From: Auanema rhodensis
Lineage: Eukaryota > Animalia > Nematoda
Direction: 5' to 3'
Assembly: GCA_964057225.1 (NCBI GenBank)
Contig: OZ059899.1
Span: 10,416,001 to 10,480,000, forward strand
DNA: 64,000 bases
The notes beneath the pieces are model-generated. The model did not search any database. It was given only the letters and a program-made list of their open reading frames with translations, and had not been told where the DNA came from. Below are positions 22,080 through 37,387 of the stretch, in pieces; the stretch's first letter is position 1, and every line of letters begins with the position of its first letter. A program made the translations under genes and the position numbers.

Positions 22080-25079
22080 TAAATTTTTTTCATTTCACTT
22101 GTCATTTACAAAAATCAAATTTATCTTCTTCAACGATTATTTTTGCAATGTGTCATAAAAATTTCACAGTTGAACAAAACGTTTTTTAAGAATTTTTTTT
22201 GTTGTCAACATATATATTTTCCTGGAATTCGAAAGCATTTGGGATGGAAATTAGAAAGAAAAGAACTAGTTCTTCCTATTTTAAAACAAAAAAAAAAATA
22301 AAATGAAAAAGATTGTTAGATATCCAATTTAAACTTATACATTTACTTCGATAAAGAGCCTATTAGTTTGAAATTTTATGTCTTACAGTTCTCCAACAGA
22401 ACAGACTGATCCTGATTTCTCTATGATTATATAAAACTCTCGTTTGATATAAAAAAAGAAGAGGAATAACGTTTCCAGGATGTCAATGATATCGAATCTA
22501 GTGATAATGTACAAAAATGTAATGTCAGCTCCATAGGTTTTCTCTTAATTTCTCTCATCACAATTGTCTTAGTTTTTTTCTCATAAGAGTTTCTGAAATC
22601 TTAGGTGAACAAGGCCGTATATATTTTTTTCTGGAATTCGAAAGCATTTGGGATGGAAATTAGAAAGGAAAGAACTAGTTTTTCCTACTTTAAAACAAAC
22701 AATAAGAAATAAAATAAAAAAGATTGTTAGATATCTAATTTAAAGTTATACATTTACTTCGATAAAGAGCCTATTAGTTTGAAATTTTATGTCTTACAGT
22801 TCTCCAACAGAACAGACTGATCCTGATTTCTCTATGATTACATAAAACTCTCGTTTGATAAAAAAAAAGAAGAGGAATAACGTTTCCAGGATGTCAATGA
22901 TATCGAATCTAGTGATATTGTAGAAAAATGTAATGTCAGCTCCATAGGTTTTCTCTTAATTTCTCTCATCACAATTGTCTTAGTTTTTTTTCTCATAAGA
23001 GTTTCTGAAATCTTAGGTGAACAAGGCCGTATATATTTTTTTCTGGAATTCGAAAACATTTGGGATGGAAATTAGAAAGAAAAGAACTAGTTTTTCCTAC
23101 TTTAAAACAAACAATAAGAAATAAAATAAAAAAGATTGTTAGATATCCAATTTAAACTTATACATTTACTTCGATAAAGAGCCTATTAGTTTGAAATTTT
23201 ATGTCTTACAGTTCTCCAACAGAACAAACTGATCCTGATTTCTCTATGATTACATAAAACTCTCGTTTGATATACAAAAAGGAGAGGAATAACGTTTCCA
23301 GGATATCAATGATATCGAATCTAGTGATATTGTAGAAAAATGTAATGTCAGCTTCATAGTTTTTCTCTTAATTTCTCTCATCACAATAGTCTTATTTTTT
23401 TTTCATAAGAGTTTCTGAAATCTTAGTTGAACAAGGCCGTATATATTTTTTTCTGGAATTCGAAAGCATTTGGGATGGATATTAGAAGGAAAAGAACTAG
23501 TTTTTCCTACTTTAAAACAAACAATAAGAAATAAAATAAAAAAAGATTGTTAGATATCCAATTTAAACTTATACATTTACTTCGATAAAGAGCCTATTAG
23601 TTTGAAATTTCATGTCTTACAGTTCTCCAACAGAACAGAATGATCCTGATTTCTCTATGATTATATAAAACTCTCGTTTGATATAAAAAAAAAAGAGGAA
23701 TAACGTTTCCAGGATGTCAATGATATCGAATCTAGTGATATTGTAGAAAAATGTAATGTCAGCTCCATAGGTTTTCTCTTAATTTCTCTCATCACAATTG
23801 TCTTAGTTTTTTTTCTCATAAGAGTTTCTGAAATCTTAGGTGAACAAGGCCGTATATATTTTTTTCTGGAATTCGAAAGCATTTGGGATGGAAATTAGAA
23901 AAAAAAAACTAGTTTTTCCTATTTTAAAACAAACAAAAAAAAATAAAATGAAAAAGATTGTTAGATATCCAATTTAAACTTATACATTTACTTCGATAAA
24001 GAGCCTATTAGTTTGAAATTTTATGTCTTACAGTTCTCCAACAGAACAGACTGATCCTGATTTCTCTATGATTATATAAAACTCTCGTTTGATATAAAAA
24101 AAGAAGAGGAATAACGTTTCCAGGATGTCAATGATATCGAATCTAGTGATATTGTAGAAAAATGTAATGTCAGCTCCATAGGTTTTCTCTTAATTTCTCT
24201 CAACAAAATTGTCTTAGTTTTTTTCTCATAAGAGTTTCTGAAATCTTAGGTGAACAAGGCCGTATATATTTTTTTCTGGAATTCGAAAGCATTTGGGATG
24301 GAAATTAGAAAGAAAAGAACTAGTTTTTCCTACTTTAAAACAAACAATAAGAAATAAAATAAAAAAGATTGTTAGATATCCAATTTAAACTTATACATTT
24401 ACTTCGATAAAGAGCCTATTAGTTTGAAATTTTATGTCTTACAGTTCTCCAACAGAACAGACTGATCCTGAATTCTCTATGATTATATAAAACTCTCGTT
24501 TGATATAAAAAAAGAAGAGGAATAACGTTTCCAGGATGTCAATGATATCGAATCTAGTGATATTGTGAAAAAATGTAATGTCAGCTCCATAGGTTTTCTC
24601 TTAATTTCTCTCATCACAATTGTCTTAGTTTTTTTTCTCATAAGAGTTTCTGAAATCTTAGGTGAACAAGGCCGTATATATTTTTTTCTGGAATTCGAAA
24701 GCATTTGGGATGGAAATTAGAAAGAAAAGAACTAGTTTTTCCTACTTTAAAACAAACAATAAGAAATAAAATAAAAAAGATTGTTAGATATCCAATTTAA
24801 ACTTATACATTTACTTTGATAAAGAGCCTATTAGTTTCAAATTTTATGTCTTACAGTTCTCCAACAGAACAGACTGATCCTGATTTCTCTATGATTACAT
24901 AAAACTCTCGTTTGATATACAAAAAGGAGAGGAATAACGTATCCAGGATATCAATGATATCGAATCTAGTGATATTGTAGAAAAATGTAATGTCAGCTCC
25001 ATAGTTTTTCTCTAAATTTCTCTCATCACAATTGTCTTATTTTTTTTTCATAAGAGTTTCTGAAATCTTAGTTGAACAA

Positions 25080-25152
25080 GGCCGCGTGGCGCAATGGATA
25101 ACGCGTCTGCCTACGGAGCAGAAGATTGTAGGTTCGAATCCTGCCGTGGTCG
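25080..25152 (+). tRNA. tRNA-Arg(ACG), copy 12
   Basis: Identical to copy 1. Confidence 0.96.
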
Positions 25153-26097
25153 TAAATTTTTTTCATTTCACTTGTCATTTACAAAAATCAAATTTATCTT
25201 CTTCAACGATTATTTTTGCAATGTGTCATAAAAATTTCACAGTTGAACAAAACGTTTTTTAAGAATTTTTTTTGTTGTCAACATATATATTTTCCTGGAA
25301 TTCGAAAGCATTTGGGATGGAAATTAGAAAGAAAAGAACTAGTTTTTCCTATTTTAAAACAAACAAAAAAAAATAAAATGAAAAAGATTGTTAGATATCC
25401 AATTTAAACTTATACATTTACTTCGATAAAGAGCCTATTAGTTTGAAATTTTATGTCTTACAGTTCTCCAACAGAACAGACTGATCCTGATTTCTCTATG
25501 ATTATATAAAACTCTCGTTTGATATAAAAAAAGAAGAGGAATAACGTTTCCAGGATGTCAATGATATCCAATCTAGTGATATTGTAGAAAAATGTAATGT
25601 CAGCTCCATAGGTTTTCTCTTAATTTCTCTCATCACAATTGTCTTAGTTTTTTTCTCATAAGAGTTTCTGAAATCTTAGGTGAACAAGGCCGTATATATT
25701 TTTTTCTGGAATTCGAAAGCATTTGGGATGGAAATTAGAAAGAAAAAAACTAGTTTTTCCTACTTTAAAACAAACAATAAGGAATAAAATAAAAAAGATT
25801 GTTAGATATCCAATTTAAACGTATACATTTACTTCGATAAAGAGCATATTAGTTTGAAATTTTATGTCTTACAGTTCTCCAACAGAACAGACTGATCCTG
25901 ATTTCTCTATGATTACATAAAACTCTCGTTTGATATACAAAAAGGAGAGGAATAACGTTTCCAGGATATCAATGATATCGAATCTAGTGATATTGTAGAA
26001 AAATGTAATGTCAGCTCCATAGTTTTTCTCTAAATTTTTCTCATCACAATAGTCTTATTTTTTTTTCATAAGAGTTTCTGAAATCTTAGTTGAACAA

Positions 26098-26170
26098 GGC
26101 CGCGTGGCGCAATGGATAACGCGTCTGCCTACGGAGCAGAAGATTGTAGGTTCGAATCCTGCCGTGGTCG
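26098..26170 (+). tRNA. tRNA-Arg(ACG), copy 13
   Basis: Identical to copy 1. Confidence 0.96.
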
Positions 26171-29170
26171 TAAATTTTTTTCATTTCACTTGTCATTTAC
26201 AAAAATCAAATTTATCTTCTTCAACGATTATTTTTGCAATGTGTCATAAAAATTTCACAGTTGAACAAAACGTTTTTTAAGAATTTTTTTTGTTGTCAAC
26301 ATATATATTTTCCTGGAATTCGAAAGCATTTGGGATGGAAATTAGAAAGAAAAGAACTAGTTCTTCCTATTTTAAAACAAAAAAAAAAATAAAATGAAAA
26401 AGATTGTTAGATATCCAATTTAAACTTATACATTTACTTCGATAAAGAGCCTATTAGTTTGAAATTTTATGTCTTACAGTTCTCCAACAGAACAGACTGA
26501 TCCTGATTTCTCTATGATTATATAAAACTCTCGTTTGATATAAAAAAAGAAGAGGAATAACGTTTCCAGGATGTCAATGATATCGAATCTAGTGATAATG
26601 TACAAAAATGTAATGTCAGCTCCATAGGTTTTCTCTTAATTTCTCTCATCACAATTGTCTTAGTTTTTTTCTCATAAGAGTTTCTGAAATCTTAGGTGAA
26701 CAAGGCCGTATATATTTTTTTCTGGAATTCGAAAGCATTTGGGATGGAAATTAGAAAGGAAAGAACTAGTTTTTCCTACTTTAAAACAAACAATAAGAAA
26801 TAAAATAAAAAAGATTGTTAGATATCTAATTTAAAGTTATACATTTACTTCGATAAAGAGCCTATTAGTTTGAAATTTTATGTCTTACAGTTCTCCAACA
26901 GAACAGACTGATCCTGATTTCTCTATGATTACATAAAACTCTCGTTTGATAAAAAAAAAGAAGAGGAATAACGTTTCCAGGATGTCAATGATATCGAATC
27001 TAGTGATATTGTAGAAAAATGTAATGTCAGCTCCATAGGTTTTCTCTTAATTTCTCTCATCACAATTGTCTTAGTTTTTTTTCTCATAAGAGTTTCTGAA
27101 ATCTTAGGTGAACAAGGCCGTATATATTTTTTTCTGGAATTCGAAAACATTTGGGATGGAAATTAGAAAGAAAAGAACTAGTTTTTCCTACTTTAAAACA
27201 AACAATAAGAAATAAAATAAAAAAGATTGTTAGATATCCAATTTAAACTTATACATTTACTTCGATAAAGAGCCTATTAGTTTGAAATTTTATGTCTTAC
27301 AGTTCTCCAACAGAACAGAATGATCCTGATTTCTCTATGATTATATAAAACTCTCGTTTGATATAAAAAAAAAGAGGAATAACGTTTCCAGGATGTCAAT
27401 GATATCGAATCTAGTGATATTGTAGAAAAATGTAATGTCAGCTCCATAGGTTTTCTCTTAATTTCTCTCATCACAATTGTCTTAGTTTTTTTTCTCATAA
27501 GAGTTTCTGAAATCTTAGGTGAACAAGGCCGTATATATTTTTTTCTGGAATTCGAAAGCATTTGGGATGGAAATTAGAAAGAAAAGAACTAGTTTTTCCT
27601 ACTTTAAAACAAACAATAAGAAATAAAATAAAAAAGATTGTTAGATATCTAATTTAAACTTATACATTTACTTCGATAAAGAGCCTATTAGTTTGAAATT
27701 TTATGTCTTACAGTTCTCCAACAGAACAGAATGATCCTGATTTCTCTATGATTATATAAAACTCTCGTTTGATATAAAAAAAAAAGAGGAATAACGTTTC
27801 CAGGATGTCAATGATATCGAATCTAGTGATATTGTAGAAAAATGTAATGTCAGCTCCATAGGTTTTCTCTTAATTTCTCTCATCACAATTGTCTTAGTTT
27901 TTTTCTCATAAGAGTTTCTGAAATCTTAGGTGAACAAGGCCGTATATATTTTTTTCTGGAATTCGAAAGCATTTGGGATGGAAATTAGAAAAAAAAAAAC
28001 TAGTTTTTCCTATTTTAAAACAAACAAAAAAAAATAAAATGAAAAAGATTGTTAGATATCCAATTTAAACTTATACATTTACTTCGATAAAGAGCCTATT
28101 AGTTTGAAATTTTATGTCTTACAGTTCTCCAACAGAACAGACTGATCCTGATTTCTCTATGATTATATAAAACTCTCGTTTGATATAAAAAAAGAAGAGG
28201 AATAACGTTTCCAGGATGTCAATGATATCGAATCTAGTGATATTGTAGAAAAATGTAATGTCAGCTCCATAGGTTTTCTCTTAATTTCTCTCAACAAAAT
28301 TGTCTTAGTTTTTTTCTCATAAGAGTTTCTGAAATCTTAGGTGAACAAGGCCGTATATATTTTTTTCTGGAATTCGAAAGCATTTGGGATGGAAATTAGA
28401 AAGAAAAGAACTAGTTTTTCCTACTTTAAAACAAACAATAAGAAATAAAATAAAAAAGATTGTTAGATATCCAATTTAAACTTATACATTTACTTCGATA
28501 AAGAGCCTATTAGTTTGAAATTTTATGTCTTACAGTTCTCCAACAGAACAGACTGATCCTGAATTCTCTATGATTATATAAAACTCTCGTTTGATATAAA
28601 AAAAGAAGAGGAATAACGTTTCCAGGATGTCAATGATATCGAATCTAGTGATATTGTGAAAAAATGTAATGTCAGCTCCATAGGTTTTCTCTTAATTTCT
28701 CTCATCACAATTGTCTTAGTTTTTTTTCTCATAAGAGTTTCTGAAATCTTAGGTGAACAAGGCCGTATATATTTTTTTCTGGAATTCGAAAGCATTTGGG
28801 ATGGACATTAGAAGGAAAAGAACTAGTTTTTCCTACTTTAAAACAAACAATAAGAAATAAAATAAAAAAGATTGTTAGATATCCAATTTAAACTTATACA
28901 TTTACTTTGATAAAGAGCCTATTAGTTTCAAATTTTATGTCTTACAGTTCTCCAACAGAACAGACTGATCCTGATTTCTCTATGATTACATAAAACTCTC
29001 GTTTGATATACAAAAAGGAGAGGAATAACGTATCCAGGATATCAATGATATCGAATCTAGTGATATTGTAGAAAAATGTAATGTCAGCTCCATAGTTTTT
29101 CTCTAAATTTCTCTCATCACAATTGTCTTATTTTTTTTTCATAAGAGTTTCTGAAATCTTAGTTGAACAA

Positions 29171-29243
29171 GGCCGCGTGGCGCAATGGATAACGCGTCTG
29201 CCTACGGAGCAGAAGATTGTAGGTTCGAATCCTGCCGTGGTCG
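29171..29243 (+). tRNA. tRNA-Arg(ACG), copy 14
   Basis: Identical to copy 1. Confidence 0.96.
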
Positions 29244-30188
29244 TAAATTTTTTTCATTTCACTTGTCATTTACAAAAATCAAATTTATCTTCTTCAACGA
29301 TTATTTTTGCAATGTGTCATAAAAATTTCACAGTTGAACAAAACGTTTTTTAAGAATTTTTTTTGTTGTCAACATATATATTTTCCTGGAATTCGAAAGC
29401 ATTTGGGATGGAAATTAGAAAGAAAAGAACTAGTTTTTCCTATTTTAAAACAAACAAAAAAAAATAAAATGAAAAAGATTGTTAGATATCCAATTTAAAC
29501 TTATACATTTACTTCGATAAAGAGCCTATTAGTTTGAAATTTTATGTCTTACAGTTCTCCAACAGAACAGACTGATCCTGATTTCTCTATGATTATATAA
29601 AACTCTCGTTTGATATAAAAAAAGAAGAGGAATAACGTTTCCAGGATGTCAATGATATCCAATCTAGTGATATTGTAGAAAAATGTAATGTCAGCTCCAT
29701 AGGTTTTCTCTTAATTTCTCTCATCACAATTGTCTTAGTTTTTTTCTCATAAGAGTTTCTGAAATCTTAGGTGAACAAGGCCGTATATATTTTTTTCTGG
29801 AATTCGAAAGCATTTGGGATGGAAATTAGAAAGAAAAAAACTAGTTTTTCCTACTTTAAAACAAACAATAAGGAATAAAATAAAAAAGATTGTTAGATAT
29901 CCAATTTAAACGTATACATTTACTTCGATAAAGAGCATATTAGTTTGAAATTTTATGTCTTACAGTTCTCCAACAGAACAGACTGATCCTGATTTCTCTA
30001 TGATTACATAAAACTCTCGTTTGATATACAAAAAGGAGAGGAATAACGTTTCCAGGATATCAATGATATCGAATCTAGTGATATTGTAGAAAAATGTAAT
30101 GTCAGCTCCATAGTTTTTCTCTAAATTTTTCTCATCACAATAGTCTTATTTTTTTTTCATAAGAGTTTCTGAAATCTTAGTTGAACAA

Positions 30189-30261
30189 GGCCGCGTGGCG
30201 CAATGGATAACGCGTCTGCCTACGGAGCAGAAGATTGTAGGTTCGAATCCTGCCGTGGTCG
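30189..30261 (+). tRNA. tRNA-Arg(ACG), copy 15
   Basis: Identical to copy 1. Confidence 0.96.
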
Positions 30262-33174
30262 TAAATTTTTTTCATTTCACTTGTCATTTACAAAAATCAA
30301 ATTTATCTTCTTCAACGATTATTTTTGCAATGTGTCATAAAAATTTCACAGTTGAACAAAACGTTTTTTAAGAATTTTTTTTGTTGTCAACATATATATT
30401 TTCCTGGAATTCGAAAGCATTTGGGATGGAAATTAGAAAGAAAAGAACTAGTTCTTCCTATTTTAAAACAAAAAAAAAAAAATAAAATGAAAAAGATTGT
30501 TAGATATCCAATTTAAACTTATACATTTACTTCGATAAAGAGCCTATTAGTTTGAAATTTTATGTCTTACAGTTCTCCAACAGAACAGACTGATCCTGAT
30601 TTCTCTATGATTATATAAAACTCTCGTTTGATATAAAAAAAGAAGAGGAATAACGTTTCCAGGATGTCAATGATATCGAATCTAGTGATAATGTACAAAA
30701 ATGTAATGTCAGCTCCATAGGTTTTCTCTTAATTTCTCTCATCACAATTGTCTTAGTTTTTTTCTCATAAGAGTTTCTGAAATCTTAGGTGAACAAGGCC
30801 GTATATATTTTTTTCTGGAATTCGAAAGCATTTGGGATGGAAATTAGAAAGGAAAGAACTAGTTTTTCCTACTTTAAAACAAACAATAAGAAATAAAATA
30901 AAAAAGATTGTTAGATATCTAATTTAAAGTTATACATTTACTTCGATAAAGAGCCTATTAGTTTGAAATTTTATGTCTTACAGTTCTCCAACAGAACAAA
31001 CTGATCCTGATTTCTCTATGATTACATAAAACTCTTGTTTGATATACAAAAAGGAGAGGAATAACGTTTCCAGGATATCAATGATATCGAATCTAGTGAT
31101 ATTGTAGAAAAATGTAATGTCAGCTTCATAGTTTTTCTCTTAATTTCTCTCATCACAATAGTCTTATTTTTTTTTCATAAGAGTTTTTGAAATCTTAGTT
31201 GAACAAGGCCGTATATATTTTTTTCTGGAATTCGAAAGCATTTGGGATGGATATTAGAAGGAAAAGAACTAGTTTTTCCTACTTTAAAACAAACAATAAG
31301 AAATAAAATAAAAAAGATTGTTAGATATCCAATTTAAACTTATACATTTACTTCGATAAAGAGCCTATTAGTTTGAAATTTTATGTCTTACAGTTCTCCA
31401 ACAGAACAGAATGATCCTGATTTCTCTATGATTATATAAAACTCTCGTTTGATATAAAAAAAAAAGAGGAATAACGTTTCCAGGATGTCAATGATATCGA
31501 ATCTAGTGATATTGTAGAAAAATGTAATGTCAGCTCCATAGGTTTTCTCTTAATTTCTCTCATCACAATTGTCTTAGTTTTTTTTCTCATAAGAGTTTCT
31601 GAAATCTTAGGTGAACAAGGCCGTATATATTTTTTTCTGGAATTCGAAAGCATTTGGGATGGAAATTAGAAAAAAAAAAACTAGTTTTTCCTATTTTAAA
31701 ACAAACAAAAAAAAATAAAATGAAAAAGATTGTTAGATATCCAATTTAAACTTATACATTTACTTCGATAAAGAGCCTATTAGTTTGAAATTTTATGTCT
31801 TACAGTTCTCCAACAGAACAGACTGATCCTGATTTCTCTATGATTATATAAAACTCTCGTTTGATATAAAAAAAGAAGAGGAATAACGTTTCCAGGATGT
31901 CAATGATATCGAATCTAGTGATATTGTAGAAAAATGTAATGTCAGCTCCATAGGTTTTCTCTTAATTTCTCTCAACAAAATTGTCTTAGTTTTTTTCTCA
32001 TAAGAGTTTCTGAAATCTTAGGTGAACAAGGCCGTATATATTTTTTTCTGGAATTCGAAAGCATTTGGGATGGAAATTAGAAAGAAAAGAACTAGTTTTT
32101 CCTACTTTAAAACAAACAATAAGAAATAAAATAAAAAAGATTGTTAGATATCCAATTTAAACTTATACATTTACTTCGATAAAGAGCCTATTAGTTTGAA
32201 ATTTTATGTCTTACAGTTCTCCAACAGAACAGACTGATCCTGATTTCTCTATGATTACATAAAACTCTCGTTTGATATAAAAAAAGAAGAGGAATAACGT
32301 TTCCAGGATGTCAATGATATCGAATCTAGTGATATTGTGAAAAAATGTAATGTCAGCTCCATAGGTTTTCTCTTAATTTCTCTCATCACAATTGTCTTAG
32401 TTTTTTTTCTCATAAGAGTTTCTGAAATCTTAGGTGAACAAGGCCGTATATATTTTTTTCTGGAATTCGAAAGCATTTGGGATGGAAATTAGAAAGAAAA
32501 GAACTAGTTTTTCCTACTTTAAAACAAACAATAAGAAATAAAATAAAAAAGATTGTTAGATATCCAATTTAAACTTATACATTTACTTTGATAAAGAGCC
32601 TATTAGTTTCAAATTTTATGTCTTACAGTTCTCCAACAGAACAGACTGATCCTGAATTCTCTATGATTATATAAAACTCTCGTTTGATATAAAAAAAGAA
32701 GAGGAATAACGTTTCCAGGATGTCAATGATATCGAATCTAGTGATATTGTAGAAAAATGTAATGTCAGCTCCATAGGTTTTCTCTTAAATTCTCTCATCA
32801 CAATTGTCTTAGTTTTTTTTCTCATAAGAGTTTCTGAAATCTTAGGTGAACAAAGCCGTATATATTTTTTTCTGGAATTCGAAAGCATTTGGGATGGATA
32901 TTAGAAGGAAAAGAACTAGTTTTTCCTACTTTAAAACAAACAATAAGAAATAAAATAAAAAAGATTGCTAGATATCCAATTTAAACTTATACATTTACTT
33001 TGATAAAGAGCCTATTAGTTTGAAATTTTATGTCTTACAGTTCTCCAACACAACAGACTGATCCTGATTTCTCTATGATTACATAAAACTCTCGTTTGAT
33101 ATAAAAAAAGAAGAGGAATAACGTTTCCAGGATGTCAATGATATCGAATCTAGTGATATTGTAAAAAAATGTAA

Positions 33175-33320
33175 TGTCAGCTCCATAAGTTTTCTCTTAA
33201 TTTCTCTCATCACAATTGTCTTAGTTTTTTTTCTCATAAGAGTTTCTTGTCAGCTCCATAGGTTTTCTCTTAATTTCTCTCATCACAATAGTCTTAGTTT
33301 TTTTTCTCATAAGAGTTTCT
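33175..33320 (+). repeat. 73-bp direct tandem duplication in the tRNA 5' flank (also upstream of the copies at 37315, 41290, 44853 and 45535)
   Basis: TGTCAGCTCCATA...CATAAGAGTTTCT occurs at 33175-33247 and again at 33248-33320. The unit length becomes 682 bp (44853 to 45535). Confidence 0.93.
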
Positions 33321-33338
33321 GAAATCCTAGTTGAACAA

Positions 33339-33411
33339 GGCCGCGTGGCGCAATGGATAACGCGTCTGCCTACGGAGCAGAAGATTGTAGGTTCGAATCC
33401 TGCCGTGGTCG
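33339..33411 (+). tRNA. tRNA-Arg(ACG), copy 16
   Basis: Identical to copy 1. Confidence 0.96.
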
Positions 33412-36400
33412 TAAATTTTTTTCATTTCACTTGTCATTTACAAAAATCAAATTTATCTTCTTCAACGATTATTTTTGCAATGTGTCATAAAAATTTCACA
33501 GTTGAACAAAACGTTTTTTAAGAATTTTTTTTGTTGTCAACATATATATTTTCCTGGAATTCGAAAGCATTTGGGATGGAAATTAGAAAGAAAAGAACTA
33601 GTTTTTCCTATTTTAAAACAAACAAAAAAAAATAAAATGAAAAAGATTGTTAGATATCCAATTTAAACTTATACATTTACTTCGATAAAGAGCCTATTAG
33701 TTTGAAATTTTATGTCTTACAGTTCTCCAACAGAACAGACTGATCCTGATTTCTCTATGATTACATAAAACTCTCGTTTGATATAAAAAAAGAAGAGGAA
33801 TAACGTTTCCAGGATGTCAATGATATCGAATCTAGTGATATTGTAAAAAAATGTAATGTCAGCTCCATAGGTTTTCTCTTAATTTCTCTCATCACAATTG
33901 TCTTAGTTTTTTTTCTCATAAGAGTTTCTGAAATTTTAGGTGAACAAGGCCGTATATATTTTTTTCTGGAATTCGAAAGCATTTGGGATGGAAATTAGAA
34001 AGAAAAGAACTAGTTTTTCCTACTTTAAAACAAACAATAAGGAATAAAATAAAAAAGATTGTTAGATATCCAATTTAAACTTATACATTTACTTCGATAA
34101 AGAGCCTATTAGTTTGAAATTTTATGTCTTACAGTTCTCCAACAGAACAGACTGATCCTGATTTCTCTATGATTATATAAAACTCTCGTTTGATATAAAA
34201 AAAGAAGAGGAATAACGTTTCCAGGATGTCAATGATATCGAATCTAGTGATATTGTAGAAAAATGTAATGTCAGCTCCATAGGTTTTCTCTTAATTTCTC
34301 TCAACACAATTGTCTTAGTTTTTTTCTCATAAGAGTTTCTGAAATCTTAGGTGAACAAGGCCGTATATATTTTTTTCTGGAATTCGAAAGCATTTGGGAT
34401 GGAAATTAGAAAGAAAAGAACTAGTTTTTCCTACTTTAAAACAAACAATAAGAAATAAAATAAAAAAGATTGTTAGATATCCAATTTAAACTTATACATT
34501 TACTTCGATAAAGAGCCTATTAGTTTGAAATTTTATGTCTTACAGTTCTCCAACAGAACAGACTGATCCTGATTTCTCTATGATTACATAAAACTCTCGT
34601 TTGATATAAAAAAAGAAGAGGAATAACGTTTCCAGGATGTCAATGATATCGAATCTAGTGATATTGTAGAAAAATGTAATGTCAGCTCCATAGGTTTTCT
34701 CTTAATTTCTCTCATCACAATTGTCTTAGTTTTTTTCTCATAAGAGTTTCTGAAATCTTAGGTGAACAAGGCCGTATATATTTTTTTCTGGAATTCGAAA
34801 GCATTTGGGATGGAAATTAGAAGGAAAAGAACTAGTTTTTCCTACTTTAAAACAAACAATAAGAAATAAAATAAAAAAGATTGTAAGATATCCAATTTAA
34901 ACTTATACATTTACTTCGATAAAGAGCCTATTAGTTTGAAATTTTATGTCTTACAGTTCTCCAACAGAACAGACTGAACCTGATTTCTCTATGATTACAT
35001 AAAACTCTCGTTTGATATAAAAAAAGAAGAGGAATAACGTTTCCAGGATGTCAATGATATCGAATCTAGTGATGTTGTGAAAAAATGTAATGTCAGCTCC
35101 ATAGGTTTTCTCTTAATTTCTCTCATCACAATTGTCTTAGTTTTTTTTCTCATAAGAGTTTCTGAAATTTTAGGTGAACAAGGCCGTATATATTTTTTTC
35201 TGGAATTCGAAAGCATTTGGGATGGAAATTAGAAAGAAAAGAACTAGTTTTTCCTACTTTAAAACAAACAATAAGAAATAAAATAAAAAAGATTGTTAGA
35301 TATCCAATTTAAACTTATACATTTACTTCGATAAAGAGCCTATTAGTTTGAAATTTTATGTCTTACAGTTCTCCAACAGAACAGACTGATCCTGATTTCT
35401 CTATGATTATATAAAACTCTCGTTTGATATAAAAAAAGAAGAGGAATAACGTTTCCAGGATGTCAATGATATCGAATCTAGTGATATTGTAGAAAAATGT
35501 AATGTCAGCTCCATAGGTTTTCTCTTAATTTCTCTCAACACAATTGTCTTAGTTTTTTTCTCATAAGAGTTTCTGAAATCTTAGGTGAACAAGGCCGTAT
35601 ATATTTTTTTCTGGAATTCGAAAGCATTTGGGATGGAAATTAGAAAGAAAAGAACTAGTTTTTCCTACTTTAAAACAAACAATAAGAAATAAAATAAAAA
35701 AGATTGTTAGATATCCAATTTAAACTTATACATTTACTTCGATAAAGAGCCTATTAGTTTGAAATTTTATGTCTTACAGTTCTCCAACAGAACAGACTGA
35801 TCCTGATTTCTCTATGATTACATAAAACTCTCGTTTGATATAAAAAAAGAAGAGGAATAACGTTTCCAGGATGTCAATGATATCGAATCTAGTGATATTG
35901 TGAAAAAATGTAATGTCAGCTCCATAGGTTTTCTCTTAATTTCTCTCATCACAATTGTCTTAGTTTTTTTTCTCATAAGAGTTTCTGAAATCTTAGGTGA
36001 ACAAGGCCGTATATATTTTTTTCTGGAATTCGAAAGCATTTGGGATGGAAATTAGAAAGAAAAGAACTAGTTTTTCCTACTTTAAAACAAACAACAAGAA
36101 ATAAAATAAAAAAGATTGTTAGATATCCAATTTAAACTTATACATTTACTTCGATAAAGAGCCTATTAGTTTCAAATTCTATGTCTTACAGTTCTCCAAC
36201 AGAACAGACTGATCCTGAATTCTCTATGATTATATAAAACTCTCGTTTGATATAAAAAAAGAAGAGGAATAACGTTTCTAGGATGTCAATGATATCGAAT
36301 CTAGTGATATTGTAGAAAAATGTAATGTCAGCTCCATAGGTTTTCTCTTAATTTCTCTCATCACAATTGTCTTAGTTTTTTTTCTCATAAGAGTTTCTGA

Positions 36401-37314
36401 AATCTTAGGTGAACAAAGCCGTATATATTTTTTTCTGGAATTCGAAAGCATTTGGGATGGATATTAGAAGGAAAAGAACTAGTTTTTCCTACTTTAAAAC
36501 AAACAATAAGAAATAAAATAAAAAAGATTGTTAGATATCCAATTTAAACTTATACATTTACTTTGATAAAGAGCCTATTAGTTTGAAATTTTATGTCTTA
36601 CAGTTCTCCAACAGAACAGACTGATCCTGATTTCTCTATGATTACATAAAACTCTCGTTTGATATAAAAAAAGAAGAGGAATAACGTTTCCAGGATGTCA
36701 ATGATATCGAATCTAGTGATATTGTAGAAAAATGTAATGTCAGCTCCATAGGTTTTCTCTTAATTTCTCTCATCACAATTGTCTTAGTTTTTTTTCTCAT
36801 TAGAGTTTCTGAAATCTTAGGTGAACAAGGCCGTATATATTTTTTTCTGGAATTCGAAAACATTTGGGATGGACATTAGAAGAAAAAGAACTAGTTTTTC
36901 CTACTTTAAAACAAACAAAAAAAAATAAAATGAAAAAGATTGTTAGATATCCAATTTAAACTTATACATTTACTTCGATAAAGAGCCTATTAGTTTGAAA
37001 TTTTATGTCTTACAGTTCTCCAACAGAACAGACTGATCCTGATTTCTCTATGATTACATAAAACTCTCGTTTGATATAAAAAAAGAAGAGGAATAACGTT
37101 TCCAGGATGTCAATGATATCGAATCTAGTGATATTGTAAAAAAATGTAATGTCAGCTCCATAAGTTTTCTCTTAATTTCTCTCATCACAATTGTCTTAGT
37201 TTTTTTTTCTCATAAGAGTTTCTTGTCAGCTCCATAGGTTTTCTCTTAATTTCTCTCATCACAATAGTCTTAGTTTTTTTTCTCATAAGAGTTTCTGAAA
37301 TCCTAGTTGAACAA

Positions 37315-37387
37315 GGCCGCGTGGCGCAATGGATAACGCGTCTGCCTACGGAGCAGAAGATTGTAGGTTCGAATCCTGCCGTGGTCG
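37315..37387 (+). tRNA. tRNA-Arg(ACG), copy 17
   Basis: Identical to copy 1. Confidence 0.96.

Larger units (their letters stand above)
19680..32540 (+). repeat. About three imperfect copies of a roughly 4.1-kb higher-order repeat (period 4091 bp) with an internal 1018-bp dimer
   Basis: tRNAs at 20989/25080/29171 and 22007/26098/30189 are 4091 apart. Shared private SNPs include GATATCCAATCTAG, AAACGTATAC, GAGCATATT, GATAATGTACAAAA and TTAAAGTTATA. Boundaries are approximate. Confidence 0.85.
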
